The notes under the pieces are model-generated. The model had not been told where the DNA came from. It ran no database searches and saw nothing but the letters and a program-made list of their open reading frames with translations. From NCBI GenBank assembly GCA_023231475.1, contig JALJEE010002839.1, forward strand, positions 62,001 through 100,283: DNA of 38,283 bases. Direction: 5' to 3'. The translations under genes and the position numbers were made by a program. Source of the DNA: Seison nebaliae. Taxonomy: Eukaryota. The stretch's first letter is position 1, and each line of letters begins with the position of its first letter. Shown in pieces: positions 38,218 through 38,283 of the stretch.

Positions 38218-38220
38218 TAA
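30382..38220 (+). CDS. TRRAP: TRRAP/Tra1 (PIKK-family pseudokinase scaffold of SAGA/NuA4-TIP60): N-terminal HEAT region only, highly expanded; the gene probably continues beyond the window
   Basis: [29 protein letters not shown]...VELCLTVPVRLSSLLPYL..LMGPL...QGIRTLELCVDNL...ILGKLGGMNR and CYDPCWRNKSGG are Tra1/TRRAP hallmark segments. No FAT, kinase-like or FATC domain appears before the TAA at 38218. First ATG is at 30382. Confidence 0.88.
34480..35340 (+). repeat. Low-complexity coding region in TRRAP: (AAT)8 poly-Asn at 34573-34596, Lys-rich and Thr-rich ACN tracts, (ACG)6(ACA)6 at 35290-35325
   Basis: Read directly from the sequence and translation. Confidence 0.9.
38167..38217 (+). repeat. 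(AAT)17 trinucleotide microsatellite (poly-Asn) immediately before the TRRAP ORF stop
   Basis: Read directly from the sequence. Confidence 0.95.
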
Positions 38221-38283
38221 AAATGTTATTGGCATTCGATAAATCATCGGATTCTAATGGATTGAGATATGTTGTCAAATTTT

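Noticed and set aside
1..38283. Alternative genetic code or pseudogenisation as the cause of fragmented ORFs
   Set aside because: Every break except the TRRAP end is resolved by a GT-AG intron that restores the frame and conserved motifs.
1..38283. CRISPR arrays, transposases, tRNA/rRNA genes, prokaryotic operon features
   Set aside because: None seen. The repeats are microsatellites or protein-domain repeats in a eukaryotic locus.

Overview
AT-rich, gene-dense eukaryotic (metazoan, probably spiralian invertebrate) DNA, not prokaryotic. It contains five protein-coding genes, which I reconstructed by hand from frame continuity and family similarity. (1) The 5' part of a twitchin/unc-22/projectin giant Ig/Fn3 muscle gene (minus strand, 22 inferred exons, running off the left edge). 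Its domain order matches molluscan twitchin as I recall it, and it has a D1-like PKA site. (2) A Tim17/Tim22/Tim23-family membrane protein. (3) Rabex-5/RABGEF1. (4) A complete ABCA3-like transporter with 12 introns. (5) The N-terminal part of a heavily expanded TRRAP/Tra1. The most striking signal is the splicing code. Of 38 inferred introns, all 23 shorter than 100 nt (42-82 nt) start GTY (22 GTT, 1 GTC). The 7 canonical GTR donors all precede introns of at least 160 nt and follow small linker exons or microexons of twitchin. AAG acceptors are also frequent. The twitchin linkers form a microexon array (down to 9 nt) with sense-strand TGCATG motifs. All intron calls are predictions without transcript evidence.
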